From the NCBI GenBank assembly GCA_965113315.1, contig OZ220363.1: DNA of 64,000 bases. One strand, written 5' to 3'. Positions 13,684 through 25,973 of this stretch are shown here, piece after piece. The position numbers and the translations under genes are program-made. The DNA is from Podarcis vaucheri (lineage: Eukaryota). Within the stretch, counting starts at the first letter, position 1; every line of letters begins with the position of its first letter. The notes beneath the pieces were generated by a model. That model was not told the DNA's origin and did no database searches. It saw nothing but the letters and a program-made list of their open reading frames with translations.

Positions 13684-16633
13684 GGTGAAGCCTCTTGTGT
13701 CACATATGCTAAGCACAGCATCTCAGTAGCATAGGCACTCAAGGGACAGGATGGGTACGTGCGGGAGGCAAAATGCAAACAACATTTCCCTCCCCTCCAA
13801 GTCCCAAACATAGAAGCAAAATTCAAGGCATGCAAAGATTTGGGAACAGTACTCACAGAACCCACCTGCTCAGGGGAAGCCCTTCCACTATTGCCAGGGA
13901 GCCAAAAACACAAGGCAGCAGTTACACAGAAAGAGGGGCACTCACTGGTTAAAATGGCCAACTAGCTGATCCAGCAACTATTCGTGTAGCCTATTTGTTA
14001 CAAACAGCATTTCCCCACTGCCCAAAGTGTCTTGCAGTGACAAGCTATGAGCTCATGTCTGCCCCAAGGAACTTTTTAATTTCGGGAGGGGAAGCTAGTT
14101 CACAGAACAGGCAAGCAACAAAACCAAGAACGCCCAGTAAGCTGGGAGCAATTTGAACTCAGTCTGCCCCTCTGACCTCTCCTCTCCTCAGTGCTTCATC
14201 ATACAGGGAAGGATGTTGCTTCCCTGCTCTGAGACCAACACCGTCTCTCCACTTTCCTTTCCGCAGCCATGTCTGCCCAGGACTGTTCAAATAAACCCCA
14301 AAGGTCAAACATCCATGTTGTTATTTTGCAGACTTTCAGAATGAGACAAACCTTCTGGCTAAATGTGAAAGAATGTTGGCTCCCACTTTCCAGCAATAGG
14401 GGAGCTGGATCAAGGGAGGAACAGAACTTATCAGAAGCTTGCTGCCCACACAATCCAACCCTCCAGTCAGCTTCAGCTTGATAACACAATCAGTAGGCAT
14501 TAATCTGCATCTATCAGCTTCCATAAGATGCGTAAAGTGTTTCAAGTTCATGGCAAAGAGGTGACAGGAAAATGCCTGTCCCAGGGCAGACTTCAGTAAT
14601 GTGCAAAACACAGGGCTGGCTTCTCATTAATAACAATGCAATCTTAAATGACGTCTACTTAGAAGTTCTACTGATTATCCCGGGTAAGTGGGATAAGGGG
14701 TCCAAGTATAATTTCAAATTGGATGGGGGGAATGTTGAGATTCCTTCATTGCAGGGGGTTGGACTATATGACCCTCAAGGTCCCTTCCAACTCCACAATT
14801 CTACGACTGCAGCCTAAGACGTGTCAGAGGAGCTTATGCAGACAGGGAGAGAGCAGGAAGGCAAGGGAGAGTCTCCTGCCATCCACCAACCTGTCCCACT
14901 GTCATGATAGGACTGTGACCATTTAGGGAGGGGGTAACTTCTGCTGTGCTTACAGATTTTCAGTCCTCTCTGGCAAATACAGAGAGAAGGGGTGGGGCAG
15001 GGGCAGTTGCCAGTGAGGCCATGTTGCTCAAACATCGCACTCACCTGTTCAGTTCATAGATATCCTCGATGTTCCCAAAGAGTGCACTAACTTGTTCTGG
15101 CCGTAGAAGCAGCTCTTGAGTGTCTATGATCTTCGCCAAGTAATTCTGCCAAGTCACATTGTGTCATAAGTATTGCCATGTAGCAAAATAAGCAAGCAAA
15201 TACGACAGACTGCCCTAAACTCCAACCACCTAAACATGTGGTGGTGGGATCTAATCAACCTAATCAATGTTCTAGGGAATTCCCATATTATCCAGGGGTG
15301 GGGAACCTGAGGCCCTCCAGAGCTTGTTGGACTGCAACTCCCATCATTCCTGACAGTTGACTCTGTTGGTTGGGGCTAATTGGAGGCCACCAACATCAGG
15401 AGGGCCTCAGACCTGCCCCCCCATCCCCAATATAATTCATAATTATTATTATTAATTTATTATTTATACCCCGCCCATCTGGCTGGGCTTTCCCAGCCAC
15501 TCTGGGCTGCTTCCAACAGAATATTTAAATACAATAATCTATTAAACATTAAAAGCTTCCCTAAACAGGGCTGCCTTCAGATGTCTTCTAAAAGTCTGGT
15601 AGTTGTTTTTCTCTTTGACATCTGGTGGGAGGGTGTTCCACAGGGCGGGTGCCACTACCAAGAAGGCCCTCTGCCTGATTCCCTGTAACTTGGCTTCTCG
15701 CAGCGAGGGAACTGCCAGGAGGCCCTCAGTACTGGACCTCAGTGTCCGGGCAGAACAATGTGGTGGAGACGCTCCTTCAGGTATACTGGACCGAGGCCAT
15801 TTAGGGCTTTAAAGGTCAGCACCAACACTTTGAATTGTGCTCGGAAACGTACTGGGAGCCAATGTAGGTCTTTCAAGCCCACAGCTCCCACCATACACTC
15901 TCTGTTTCCTACACTCAGCCTAAACAGTGTCCCAACAGGGCAGAAAGACCCTTTCTATACTCTAAACCAGGAAATAATTAGCACCAGAACTACCTGGCCC
16001 TTCAGCCATAGCATGCAAATAAACAAGGTCCATAGCAGTGCACACAATGCGCTGCATTCGCACACTGCAACATGGCAAGCAGGAAGTGTTTCGTGCCTCT
16101 GAAAATAATTATCAGTACATCCCTGTTTGGGAAACAGTGTGTGAAGTTCGCCGCTGAGGACAAAGCAGAAGGACTCTGCACAGTAAAATACTGAGGGGTT
16201 TTCTTGGCCTGAAGGCTGATGGAAGGCGTGCAGGCACCAGCTCCTAACCTTCTGTCCAGGCCAGGTTTTCCTACAGCTAGATAGAAGACATCTTTAATGC
16301 CCAGATCAAAAGATGGGAGGCCCTTATATGACAGAACAAACTGCAGCAGTGAACTGAAGAACTCCATCCTAACAGGCAGGCAAGCATTATGGGCGCACTC
16401 ACCTCTATGATACTTCGCAAATCCCGCACATACATGCGTTCCGACTCCACAATCTCCAAGACCACACGCTCCAGGTAGCTTAGTTTGGAATGGGAGACAG
16501 CAGAAGAAAGGGATGGGCTCTTCAGGCCTCGCCAGGGCCCTGAGGAGGCATTGTTGTTGGCATTGTGCAACAGTCCAGCCCTCAGTGAGGTAGCATCAGA
16601 AGGTGTTTGGGCCACATCGCTCCAGTCCTCCAT
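3451..16633 (-). CDS. PLEKHG3: PLEKHG3 (DH-PH Rho guanine nucleotide exchange factor), spliced CDS of 11 exons, 3'-incomplete in this window
   Basis: Joined exons give an open 411-codon frame with GT-AG introns and matching phases: DH domain ([23 protein letters not shown]...[14 protein letters not shown]) then PH domain ([42 protein letters not shown]). These residues match PLEKHG3 better than PLEKHG1/2 as I recall them. Start codon uncertain. Confidence 0.92.
4014..4047 (-). CDS. PLEKHG3: PLEKHG3 coding exon 10
   Basis: [11 protein letters not shown]; 34 nt; ccttcag| and |gtaagt. Confidence 0.93.
4557..4643 (-). CDS. PLEKHG3: PLEKHG3 coding exon 9 (PH end)
   Basis: [29 protein letters not shown]; 87 nt; |gtaagt. 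Confidence 0.95.
5128..5220 (-). CDS. PLEKHG3: PLEKHG3 coding exon 8 (PH)
   Basis: [31 protein letters not shown]; 93 nt. Confidence 0.95.
6507..6920. mobile_element. Old non-autonomous DNA transposon-like repeat
   Basis: Degenerate termini TAGGGA.G / CATCCCCA around an AT-rich body; family not assignable without a repeat library. Confidence 0.4.
6956..7138 (-). CDS. PLEKHG3: PLEKHG3 coding exon 7 (PH)
   Basis: [61 protein letters not shown]; 183 nt; lies in ORF 6908..7126. Confidence 0.96.
7443..7748. mobile_element. Non-autonomous Tc1/mariner (Tigger/pogo-like) MITE
   Basis: Perfect 22-bp TIR CAGTGGTGCCTCGCAAGACGAA; TA duplication on both sides; internal TTAGCGG-type repeats. Confidence 0.9.
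8764..9004. mobile_element. Tc1/mariner (Tigger-like) MITE
   Basis: 17-bp TIR CAGTGGTACCTCGGTTT; TA TSD. Confidence 0.88.
9185..9307. mobile_element. Palindromic hAT-type MITE
   Basis: 57-bp inverted arms (3 mismatches) and 9-nt loop; exact 8-bp TSD ACCTACAG at 9177-9184 and 9308-9315. Degenerate relatives near 2800, 8330, 12800, 15300, 36510 and 46520. Confidence 0.9.
10252..10383 (-). CDS. PLEKHG3: PLEKHG3 coding exon 6 (end of DH)
   Basis: [44 protein letters not shown]; 132 nt. Confidence 0.96.
12076..12226 (-). CDS. PLEKHG3: PLEKHG3 coding exon 5 (DH)
   Basis: [50 protein letters not shown]; 151 nt. Confidence 0.96.
13153..13199 (-). CDS. PLEKHG3: PLEKHG3 coding exon 4 (DH)
   Basis: [15 protein letters not shown](N); aacag| and |gtgagt; 47 nt. 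Confidence 0.95.
13208..13272. repeat. (GA)n/GAGG microsatellite
   Basis: Direct reading. Confidence 0.95.
13517..13586 (-). CDS. PLEKHG3: PLEKHG3 coding exon 3 (DH)
   Basis: [23 protein letters not shown]; ttctcag| and |gtaagg; 70 nt. Confidence 0.95.
13623..13680. repeat. (CAGA)n(CA)n compound microsatellite
   Basis: Direct reading. Confidence 0.95.
15045..15145 (-). CDS. PLEKHG3: PLEKHG3 coding exon 2 (DH)
   Basis: [33 protein letters not shown](S); ggcag| and |gtgagt; 101 nt. Confidence 0.95.
15441..15872 (-). mobile_element. L2-clade LINE 3' fragment
   Basis: Minus strand reads [30 protein letters not shown], typical of the L2 ORF2 C-terminus; (AAT)n-like tail. Confidence 0.8.
16403..16633 (-). 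CDS. PLEKHG3: PLEKHG3 first coding exon (coding part); exon probably begins at acceptor 16767 or 16798
   Basis: MEDWSD...[28 protein letters not shown]; donor GAG|gtgagt; ATG in strong context (attATGG). Confidence 0.85.
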
Positions 16634-19600
16634 AATGTGGCTAGCATTGGTCAGGGCTGCAGGCGGATGGTTCAGAGGGTGCTCTGAAGAGCTTATGCCT
16701 GAGGCAGCAGAGGTTGGAACCACGTCATCTCTGCCCGGAGACGGGGTAAGCAGGAACCGAGGGAAGTCTGCACGGAGAGAAAGTTTTGTCAGGGAATCCT
16801 GAAATGTTAAGGTTCATCTTACACAAATTATACCTAACACATAAATTAGAGGGAGTTGCTGGGAACAGCAATTTTAATCAAAGTGAAAACCACCAAGATG
16901 AAAGGGCTGCTGTACATAATTGATTTAAACATTTTCCAGCTTTCTAATTCAGCTATTTCCTAAATAAAGCATATCCATTAGCTAGTGCAACAACATATTC
17001 GTTTGCAACTCAGCAGAGTTTTTCTACTAACTAGGAGTATGTTCCAAGGAGACATATAGTTCATGTATCTTTTGCTCTATAAATTTTATGTACATTTATG
17101 CAAGCAATCGTGAAATTAAGGATTTCTACTAGGGTTTCACCATACATATGAAAGGATGATAAACAAGTTCCTGAAGACTAAGTGCCCAGAACACTCCATA
17201 AGTGAGGTGTTCTTAAGGTGGAAGCTGAGAGCAGGTCAACAATAACTCACAAAGCGTCTGTGAGGTTAACTCTTTATTCAAAGAAACAAAACATCTCAGG
17301 CCTAGTGGTCACAGCAACTGTTCCCAGCACGTCTTGCCCCAATGAGGCAGCTGCAAGGACTGAAGGGTCTCTGCTTCTCCACCGCTCTCTAAGGCTCCTC
17401 CTATCCTGAGGGTCCTTTGTCTTGTCTCTCTTTGATCTGCCCTCTTCATTCCTCTGCATGTTCTGGAAGACCAGGAGGGAGGAGAGCTGATCACAGCAGG
17501 AAGGGGAGACCTCCTGGCATCTTCAGCAGCCTGCCTCCACTCTGCCTCTGGGCCTCCCTCCTTTCCAGCCTCCACTTCTGACTCTGACCTGCCACAGCCT
17601 CTTCCTACACATTATACCTTTAAAGCTTATGTGAAACATATTCATTCCCTCAAAGAATTCTGGGCACTGTCATTTACCCTTCACAGAATTATCATTCCCA
17701 GCAACTCTGAACAAACTACATTGCCCAGAATTCATTGGAGGGGGGCAGGAATGCACTTTGAGTGTCCTTCAAGGGTACAGCGTAACTCTGCCTGGCTTTC
17801 TCCACTAGCTCCAAGCAGGTAGACAAGCGAGTGGCAACAAGCCCATGTTCTGTCAGCTACTGTAACTTCCATCTCTATCCAGATTCCTTCTGGCTGCCAG
17901 GAGGAAACCTTCCCTGCTCCTAGACCCATTTCACAAAGTCCTAGTACCTGAATGAGGGGGCGGGGATCACTTTTTCATCAAGAAAAACCCAACTCCTCAC
18001 CAAACAGCTTAACAATCTGTGACAGAAGCCATTCCAGGGTGCTCTTCTCCTCCCAGATCAACATCCCTCACTCTTTGTCTGCCAGGCTGTCTGCGCTGCT
18101 GTTGCAGGTGGCAAATATGCCAAGTGAAGCCGGAACGGCCTCTGAACCCTGAAGGTGTGGAGGCTGCTGACGTCTTTCTCCCCCCGCCCCGCCCCCAAAC
18201 ACTCGTACATATGAGCACCACGCCCAGAACAAAATCTGGCTCCTCATTTCCCACTGAGGACTTCGGCTGAGACACACACACTTCCTCCCACACAAACAAG
18301 AGAGGGAGGAAAGAGGACACAGCTGGTCTGGCTTGGAAGTGTCCGGAAACACTTTCGTGTGCTGGCAAGCTGCTAAAATAGCACCGATTCTAATCATGGA
18401 TTTCCCCATCCCTCAAAGTGTCCTAGGAGGCATGGGTTATTATGGCGTTATAAAGCCATTCATCCCAAGGGATTTCACCAAATTTGACACTGAGTAACTC
18501 TGAAACCAGGAACCTCGCAGGGACTTTCTGAAGACTGACAACAATAAAAATTGCCTCTAAAAGGTAACTGCATACTTCTGTATCGTGTAATACTCAAACT
18601 TATTTACTCAAATATATGGCACACATAGTATGCTTGTTATGTTTGCCACTAAATGTCACACACGCACAAGAATGGGGCGATCTTTTAAATCTCAGTTTCT
18701 AATTCTTTTGAAAAGGCTTCTCTTATGGATTTTTTAAAAATAAAACCAAAATTAAAAGTAGTTTTTAAAAACATACTGGGGTCCAACTGCAAAAAGTGGG
18801 TTCATTGTGAAAACCATGAGAGCTGGATGTCCACGCAGCTATCAGACACCACCATAACACTGCCACGAACAGTTTCAACAATTCCTTAACTCTTAACACA
18901 CCCTTGAGTTCCCATGATTTCATGGTGGACCTATTTGCCTCTGACACTGAGCACCCCATTGTATGAACCAACATATTACCCATCATCTTCCAAGCTCATC
19001 ACTGACAGGCAACACGCCTTCTACCTTCAATTAAGGGTTCCTTGTGTAGAGGAATCCACTGGAATGTGGCATTTGATTCTGCACTAGAAGCAACAAGCTC
19101 TCCTCAACAACAACAAAATCCAAGGTCTCTCCTTTTATGACTTGGAAGACATGAGCCTTTGCTCTTATCATAGGGTAAGGCTGGGCCCTGTGGTTAACAG
19201 CTGCAGAGATTCTATCCAAGAAGGGTAGGCTGAAGCCATGAGACTGGATGCAAAAGGGATGGATGCTGCCGTGAAAGGCAGACCAGGGAAAAACAAAGAA
19301 AAGGAAGTGTTTCTGGCCAAGTGTCTGGGAACCTGCTTGGCCTGAGTCTCCCTGCTAAAGTGCTGTTTATTTAAGAACCACTTAACCTGACAGCAGTTTG
19401 CAAACTAGCTGGAGGAGCTCATATGACTGACTAAACAGAAAAAGCCCACGTTCTGAAGGACCAATGCCTATAGTGTCTATTACTTTTCAGAGCAGGGCAA
19501 TCCAAAAGTGGGAGCCTCAAGAGAAGTGTTAGTCATGTGCTCCAGTCCCCATATTTGTCCTGGAGAAAGGGTGTTTGCACAATGTGCCCTTTCCCCATAA

Positions 19601-21159
19601 TTCTGCTCCCTAAGGTTCCCCTTTCTGAGCTCTAAGAGTACACAACCAGGCAAATATAGCCCCACCTTGCATGTACCATCACCAGTTATGGTCTCCCTGT
19701 GTGGAATTTATACATCTGTGGTGGGGTGCTGAGACTGAGAGCTGAGATACCATGAATAAGCGTAGCACATGATGTTTTGTGGTGGGAGGAGTCGATGTGG
19801 GGAAAGCCATTTCCCCTCCTCCCACTGAACTTAATGAGAAGGGAATTTCTTGAGCCAGGTCTGGAGCCAGTGTAAAGTTACACCATTAATGGGAGTCTGG
19901 GTGTGGCCTGGGGGACTGCATAATATGGCATAATTGTGCTCCTTCGCTGCTGCTGCTGCTCTGTCCTGCCCATGGCTTCACCCCATTTTGGTCATTCTGA
20001 GAGCATGTTCACGGGCAGAATACTTCAGATAGGCCAGTGAAATGATCTGCCAGTATACATTGAGTTCCACTAGCATAGTAGGGCTTCTGCCATATGCTAA
20101 AGCCCCTCAGCCAGCATTACTCAACGATAGGATTGCTCAGTTAGTCCCAATTTCTGCTAGGGGATTTACTTCCAATGAAGTGTGCACTGGATTGTGGGCT
20201 AAAATTAAAGGCATCAAACACCTTCCTACAAGGAATGTCTGGTTTTCTAAACTAACAAACTCAAGAGGGAGGGGGGAAAGGTGGGATAATAAGAGTTCCA
20301 TAAAATATGAGTGGGAAAGCAACACAAAGATAAATGTTTCTCACACTCTCGTAATGCCAGAACTTGGAACACCCCTGAAGATGATTGACAGTAGGTTCAA
20401 GACTGACCAATGTATGTACTGTCTGAAGAAGTAACTTATGGAACCCTGAGGTATGAACTTTTACCTCAGGTGACTTTTTTGAAGGACTGGAGAAATTCAG
20501 AAAGAATAAATCAGAAGCCATTAGCTAAGGCAGCTAAATGAAACCTCCGTGGTCACAGGCAGTAACTCTCCTAAAGCCAAATGCTGCAGACAAACTTCCC
20601 CCTTATTAATTTTCAGAGGCATTTGATGAATAGAGCTGATAGAAACAGAAAGCTGAACTTGCAAGACCTTGACTTTATCTAGCAAAAACATTTGCATCTT
20701 TATTTTCACTTTTGCTGAGATCAAGCTTACAATTTTTTAAAAAAAGAAAGTCCAGGTAAGGAAAGAAGTTTGTAAACATTGCTTTGACCAAAGGTCTTGT
20801 TTCCAGGAATTCTCTAGATACTTTGCAGAGTAACTCAATAACATTTACTGAATAGGTTGGACATTGCTGACTGGAAAAGTAAAATCATATCTCATTCCTC
20901 ATTTGAAATATGTCTAAATAAATCTCAGGTTAGTCTTACTTAACTACACTTAAGTAGAGCAAAATTCTCATCTTTAAAGTTAAATTGTATCTGATTGTTC
21001 AAAGAACAATCTTAGAACATATAACACATCCAACTGATTTATACTCCTAGCTAAAATTGTATGATAGTAGCAGTTTTATCTTGAAACCCTTTCCTCACAG
21101 TCCTCAACAGTCAATCTACCTTTTTCACTCCTGCCACATACTGGAAGCATTTTTGTTGA

Positions 21160-21460
21160 GCTGTGCTCCATGACTCCAAAATCTCTTTTCTGGTCAGGAA
21201 CCACCAGCTCATAGCCCATATGTGAAGTTAGGATTTTTTGCCCCAATTCAAATCACTTTACACTTGCTTAGACTGAATTGCAGTTAAAATTTTAATGCCC
21301 ATTCAGCTAGTTTGGATATACCCTTTTGGATCTCACAATCCCTTGTTATACCACACTGAACAATTTGGTTTCCTCAGCAAATTTGGCCACCACACTGCTC
21401 ACTCCAAACTCCAAGTCACTTAGGAGCAAGTTCAAAGCACAGGAGCCAATATCAATCCCA
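21160..21460 (-). mobile_element. Degenerate CR1 LINE RT fragment
   Basis: Minus strand KFAEETKL (decayed KFADDTKL). Another piece at about 22430-22515 reads FDKFPHQGFLSKIGCHGIKG. Bounds approximate. Confidence 0.65.
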
Positions 21461-21486
21461 TTGTTTTATCATTGTTATTGATATGT

Positions 21487-21488
<2 letters not shown>

Positions 21489-21518
<30 letters not shown>
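21489..21518. repeat. (AC)n microsatellite
   Basis: Direct reading. Confidence 0.95.
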
Positions 21519-21521
<3 letters not shown>

Positions 21522-21689
21522 ATACCATACAGTACAACCTAACCAGGGATGACAGGGACTATAAACAAATTTTCTCAGTTGATACAAAATCACAATAGAG
21601 AGACACAATAATATATAAAACATTCACATATTCTTATATACAGTATGCCATATTTTAGGTGTTGGTATAGCTACAATGTCCTGAAGGCT

Positions 21690-22240
21690 ATTTGTAGAAG
21701 TGTAAGAAATGAACTCTCCTCACACAGGATGGAAATGTTCCAGTGTTTTCAATCCCTTGGAAACATTCCAATTATGTACTATTTCCCCCACTATCTCAAT
21801 GTTCCATACATTTTTATGCCATAGGGAAATATGTAATCCTTGCAATGTCTTCCACTTTTGTGCAAATAGATATCCTGGCTGCTGCCAACAACCACAGTTT
21901 TGTTCTTGTTGTGTCTGATCATCCCATACATTGAAAAGTGAAAGTTGTCGAGTTATTTGAACAGGAGTCCTACAAACAGCAGAAATTCCCAGACCAAATG
22001 TTCTGTACAAGAGGACACTCCCACCATAAACAGAAAAACAACAACATGATGTAATTTGTGAAGTTGTATATGAAAGATGAAACAACATGCGACAACATCT
22101 TTAGATGTTCAACAAACATTCCTGCATATAAGCCAATATAGTTCATAGGTCCATAATTTCTTCCACTTAGTTTCTGATATAACCATCCCCATATCCATGT
22201 CCCATAGTGTCTTAGTCCTATAAGGGATCTAGTAGACAGA
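21690..22240 (-). mobile_element. Degenerate L1/Tx1-like ORF2 3' fragment
   Basis: Remnant AARISI..AQKWK-type motif; many indels; bounds approximate. Confidence 0.5.
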
Positions 22241-24654
22241 TCTAACAATTTCCTGTATATTGCAGATACAAGCCCCTTCCCTAAAACACCCTGAGTTTTC
22301 AGCCCAAGGTTTCAAATTTAGTAAGATTATTATTAGGTGTTGCTAGTAGATGCATAAGTTGAAGTGTTTAAAAACATTGTGAGAACTTCTTTTTTTCCTA
22401 CTCTCTGCTTCCTTTTCCTTAGCCAATTACTGATCCATAAGAGGACCTTATCCTTTTATCCCATGACAGCCAATCTTACTCAGGAATCCTTGGTGAGGGA
22501 ATTTATCAAAACTTGCTGAAAGTACATAGTTCACTCCTCACGATAAGCTACTGAACACCGTTCAAATCTAACTTACAAGTTCTCACGAACTGGAGATGCA
22601 CTACTCTAAATCATCTATCCTTTATCCACATGCATTTTAAGCAAGAACGTGCCCATGACCTTAAATTTATCAGTCTCATTTTCATCTAATTTTGTTGCCT
22701 TTTGCTTAGGAGGTTCAGAGCCAGACAAAAGCCACAGCGCCACCCAGTGGATAGGACACTGTGTGAGATTAGCAGTCACCCCCACCAAGCCACACTCAAA
22801 ACTTCCAATTAGTGAATCAAGAAGTCCAACCCACTATTTTGTTTTCAAGTGGCTAGGAATTATGCAGGAAGCAATTCTTTCTGTTGCTTCACTCTATAGT
22901 TTTTTGTAGTCACTGATCATACAACCAACCTATTGAGCCCAAAGATCATGACGTCTGATACAGTATTGCTAGGAGCAGAGTGTGCGGACAATCTCACAGT
23001 GAGTACATGTTCTCATATCAGTTGTGGCCACAGTGAAGGCTGCAGCTTTGTCATCTATTTCGAAGAAGCAGGATATGCTCCTTTACTCACTGTGGTATCA
23101 AAATCCAATATATCAATAACAAATCTAACAGCACTTTTTATGCCTCTCAGTTCAAAGGTCTACCTCATTTTAACAGCCAGCATTATAGCAGATAGCAAGC
23201 CAGGTCACACCTCAGATTAGGTACACAGGGTGTGAAACTTCCCTTTCTTACACTTCCAACAATCCTCATTTGGAGTAAAGAGGGATTTTCAGAAACAACC
23301 AGGAATATCTCTTTTTCTTCAGTATCTAGATAAATACTTAATCCAGGAAGTTGCATAGGGTTGTAAAACTGTATTATCTAGTTTTCATTGCTACTGATGT
23401 CACCTACATTACCAGAATGTGAAACTTAAATTAAGTCAGATCTAGGACTTCAGTAAGAATGTGCAAGACTCCACTGTAATACTACACCTATACACGGATG
23501 TTGAGCAGAGAAGTTTCCATTGTGGCAAATGTCCCACTCCTGTATTTTTTTCAGTGAAACATTTTCCATTTCTAAAACTGCATTGTTTCATAACATTACA
23601 AATATAGTTAATGGATATAGTACCAGTCAAATGAGGCACATTCAAAGGGGTAATTAACTTTCTTTTCCAAGTGACGACCCCTAGGAAAAATGTGTGTGTG
23701 TTTTGTTTCCAGACTTCCTGCCAGCAGAGTTCAGCTCACAAGATGTTTCTGCTGAAGGGGGGGGGGGAGAGAATTTTGCTAATTCCCCCTTCCCCAAGCT
23801 AGGACCCTTCAGACCAGTTTGGGAGATGGCACTGGGGGTTGTGCAGGGAAGGGAGTGAATTGGAAAAAACCCTTCCCCCAACCTGCCACCCCACAAGAGC
23901 CTCTGTAGGATCCCAGAAGGGCAACCCAGCAAATAAAGATGCATAGCTCTTTGAATGTGCTAAGATTAGTATGTTAGCAGCTCTCAGTGCTTTAACTTTT
24001 TCCTTAAAACTTAAACAATGTAAATATATACACTATTGAGTTGCTGTATCTTAAACATATTTGTTTAGTAAAAAATATTTAAATATTCTAATAAAAATAA
24101 TTTCCAAGTACATTCTTGCATTAGTTTTAATTCATTTGAACCTCATTTCTGGCAGCAATCCTATGCACACTTAGCCTGGCAATGTGCCCCCTTGAATACT
24201 AGGGGACCTATTTCTGAGCAAACATACACAAGATTGCACTGCTAAGTGTCCTTCAGTTATATTTTTCCTAATCAAAACATTACAGTTCAAATACTTTTAG
24301 CTACTAGTAAAATCTGCTGAGATGTTTGTAGGCATGTAAATCAACATAGCACACATTTAGTAAACAAAACTTTAAAAAGAAGTCAAATACACATTCTAAA
24401 TCAATCAATTTAGCGCATCTGAAAATTATCCAGAAAACTGTCTACTTTTTTTAAAACCCACATCACTGTGCATGACTTTCATTTTGTCAATCAGGCAGGG
24501 CAGGAATCTGAATTTATGGAGTCAGATGGGATTTCTAATCTACCCTTATTTCATATACTGAAGGTAGAACTTCTGTGCCCAAAGATTCCTAATAAACTAG
24601 CCAATACAACAGGATAAATGTAAGGTTTAGGATCATCCAAGCTCTATCGCAAGG

Positions 24655-25013
24655 ATAAAGGTACCCCTGCCCATACGGGTCAGTCGTGTCCGACTCTAGG
24701 GTTGTGCACCCATCTCACTTAAGGGGCCGGGGGCCAGCACTGTCCAGAGACACTTCCGGCTCACGTAGCCAGCGTGATGAAGCTGCTCTGGAAAGCCGGC
24801 ACCAGCGCAGCACATGGAAACGCCGTTTACCTTCCCGCTATAAAGTGGTACCTATTTATCTACTTGCACTTAAGAGTGCTTTCGAACTGCTAGGTGGGCA
24901 GGAGCTGGGACCGAAAGACAGGAGCTCACCCCACTGCGGGGATTCGAACCGCCGACCATACGATCGGCAAGTCCTAGGCACTGAGGTTTTACCCACAGCG
25001 CCACCTGCGTCCC
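24655..25013 (-). mobile_element. Sauria-type SINE, near full length
   Basis: tRNA-like head GGGACGCAGGTGGCGCTGTGGG...GGTTCGAATCCC, ACCTTT tail, about 13-bp TSD AT(C/A)GCAAGGATAA. Confidence 0.85.
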
Positions 25014-25912
25014 ACATAGCAAGGATAACAGTCATGTAAAATCAAAATAATATCAAGTACCTATTGTAAAGCACTGCAATGGCTAACTGTGCATTTTAAC
25101 TTAAACAGGAAATGAGAAGGTAGGTTTCAGGAAAACAGTATGAAAGAAAGGGACTAACCACAATATTGTGGATGGGGGGCAGGATGTGTACAGAGCTCAG
25201 TTGTCCAGGGTTCAGTATTGACTCACAGGAAGAACAGCTAATAATGACTGAAACAACATGGAATGTACCTGGAGGCCTCTCTTCTCAGAACTGCACCTGC
25301 CGCACCTTATTTTACATGTGGACATGGAACTCTTCCCCTGAATTCCAGTCAGCAGTGAAGCCATAATTTTCGTTAGCATGAAAGCGGCCATAGACTTGGA
25401 AGACAAAGGGCAGCAGACACTGGGGGGGAAGTGTTTCATAAGAAACTTTTGAAACCGGTTCTGCCAGCATGTCAGATTCTCCACATTTCTCCAGCGCTAA
25501 GAAGATGGGATCAGGATCAAAGACCAAAATTTGCCAGTGAGCCAAAGGATTCTATGTTGCTTAGTTATTTGCTTCAGTGGGATATGTATTGTGATGAAGA
25601 GTGGAATCCTTTGGCTTCAACGTTCCCCAGAATATTTGCAAATAGAGGCAAAGATTTTCAAAAAGAAAAACTTTGGGACTCTCATTCAAAGACAGCCCTG
25701 TCTGTAATGGGACCAGAAGTGTTCAGTCACTGCCTGCCAGCCACCTGAGGACTGTTTCATGCATGTAACAAGGGGCAAAACCAGACTGACACTCAACAGG
25801 TAGCTGCAGCCCTTCCCCAGCAGGTGTACCTTTTCTTAAAATATATTTATAAATTGTTTATAAGCTTTGCATTGTAGACAATTTTTTTAAAAAGAATGAA
25901 TTACTATACATA

Positions 25913-25973
25913 AAAAGGTAAAGGTACCCCTGACCGTTAGGTCCAGTCGCGGACGACTCTGGGGTTGCGGCGC
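25913..25973 (-). mobile_element. Sauria-type SINE 3' fragment
   Basis: AAAGGTAAAGGTACCCCTGACCGTTAGGTCCAGTCG matches the tails of the other two copies. Confidence 0.75.

Noticed and set aside
17274-17575. Purine-rich minus-strand ORFs as an upstream PLEKHG3 coding exon
   Set aside because: Both end in stops, I found no in-phase donor, and there is no recognisable homology.
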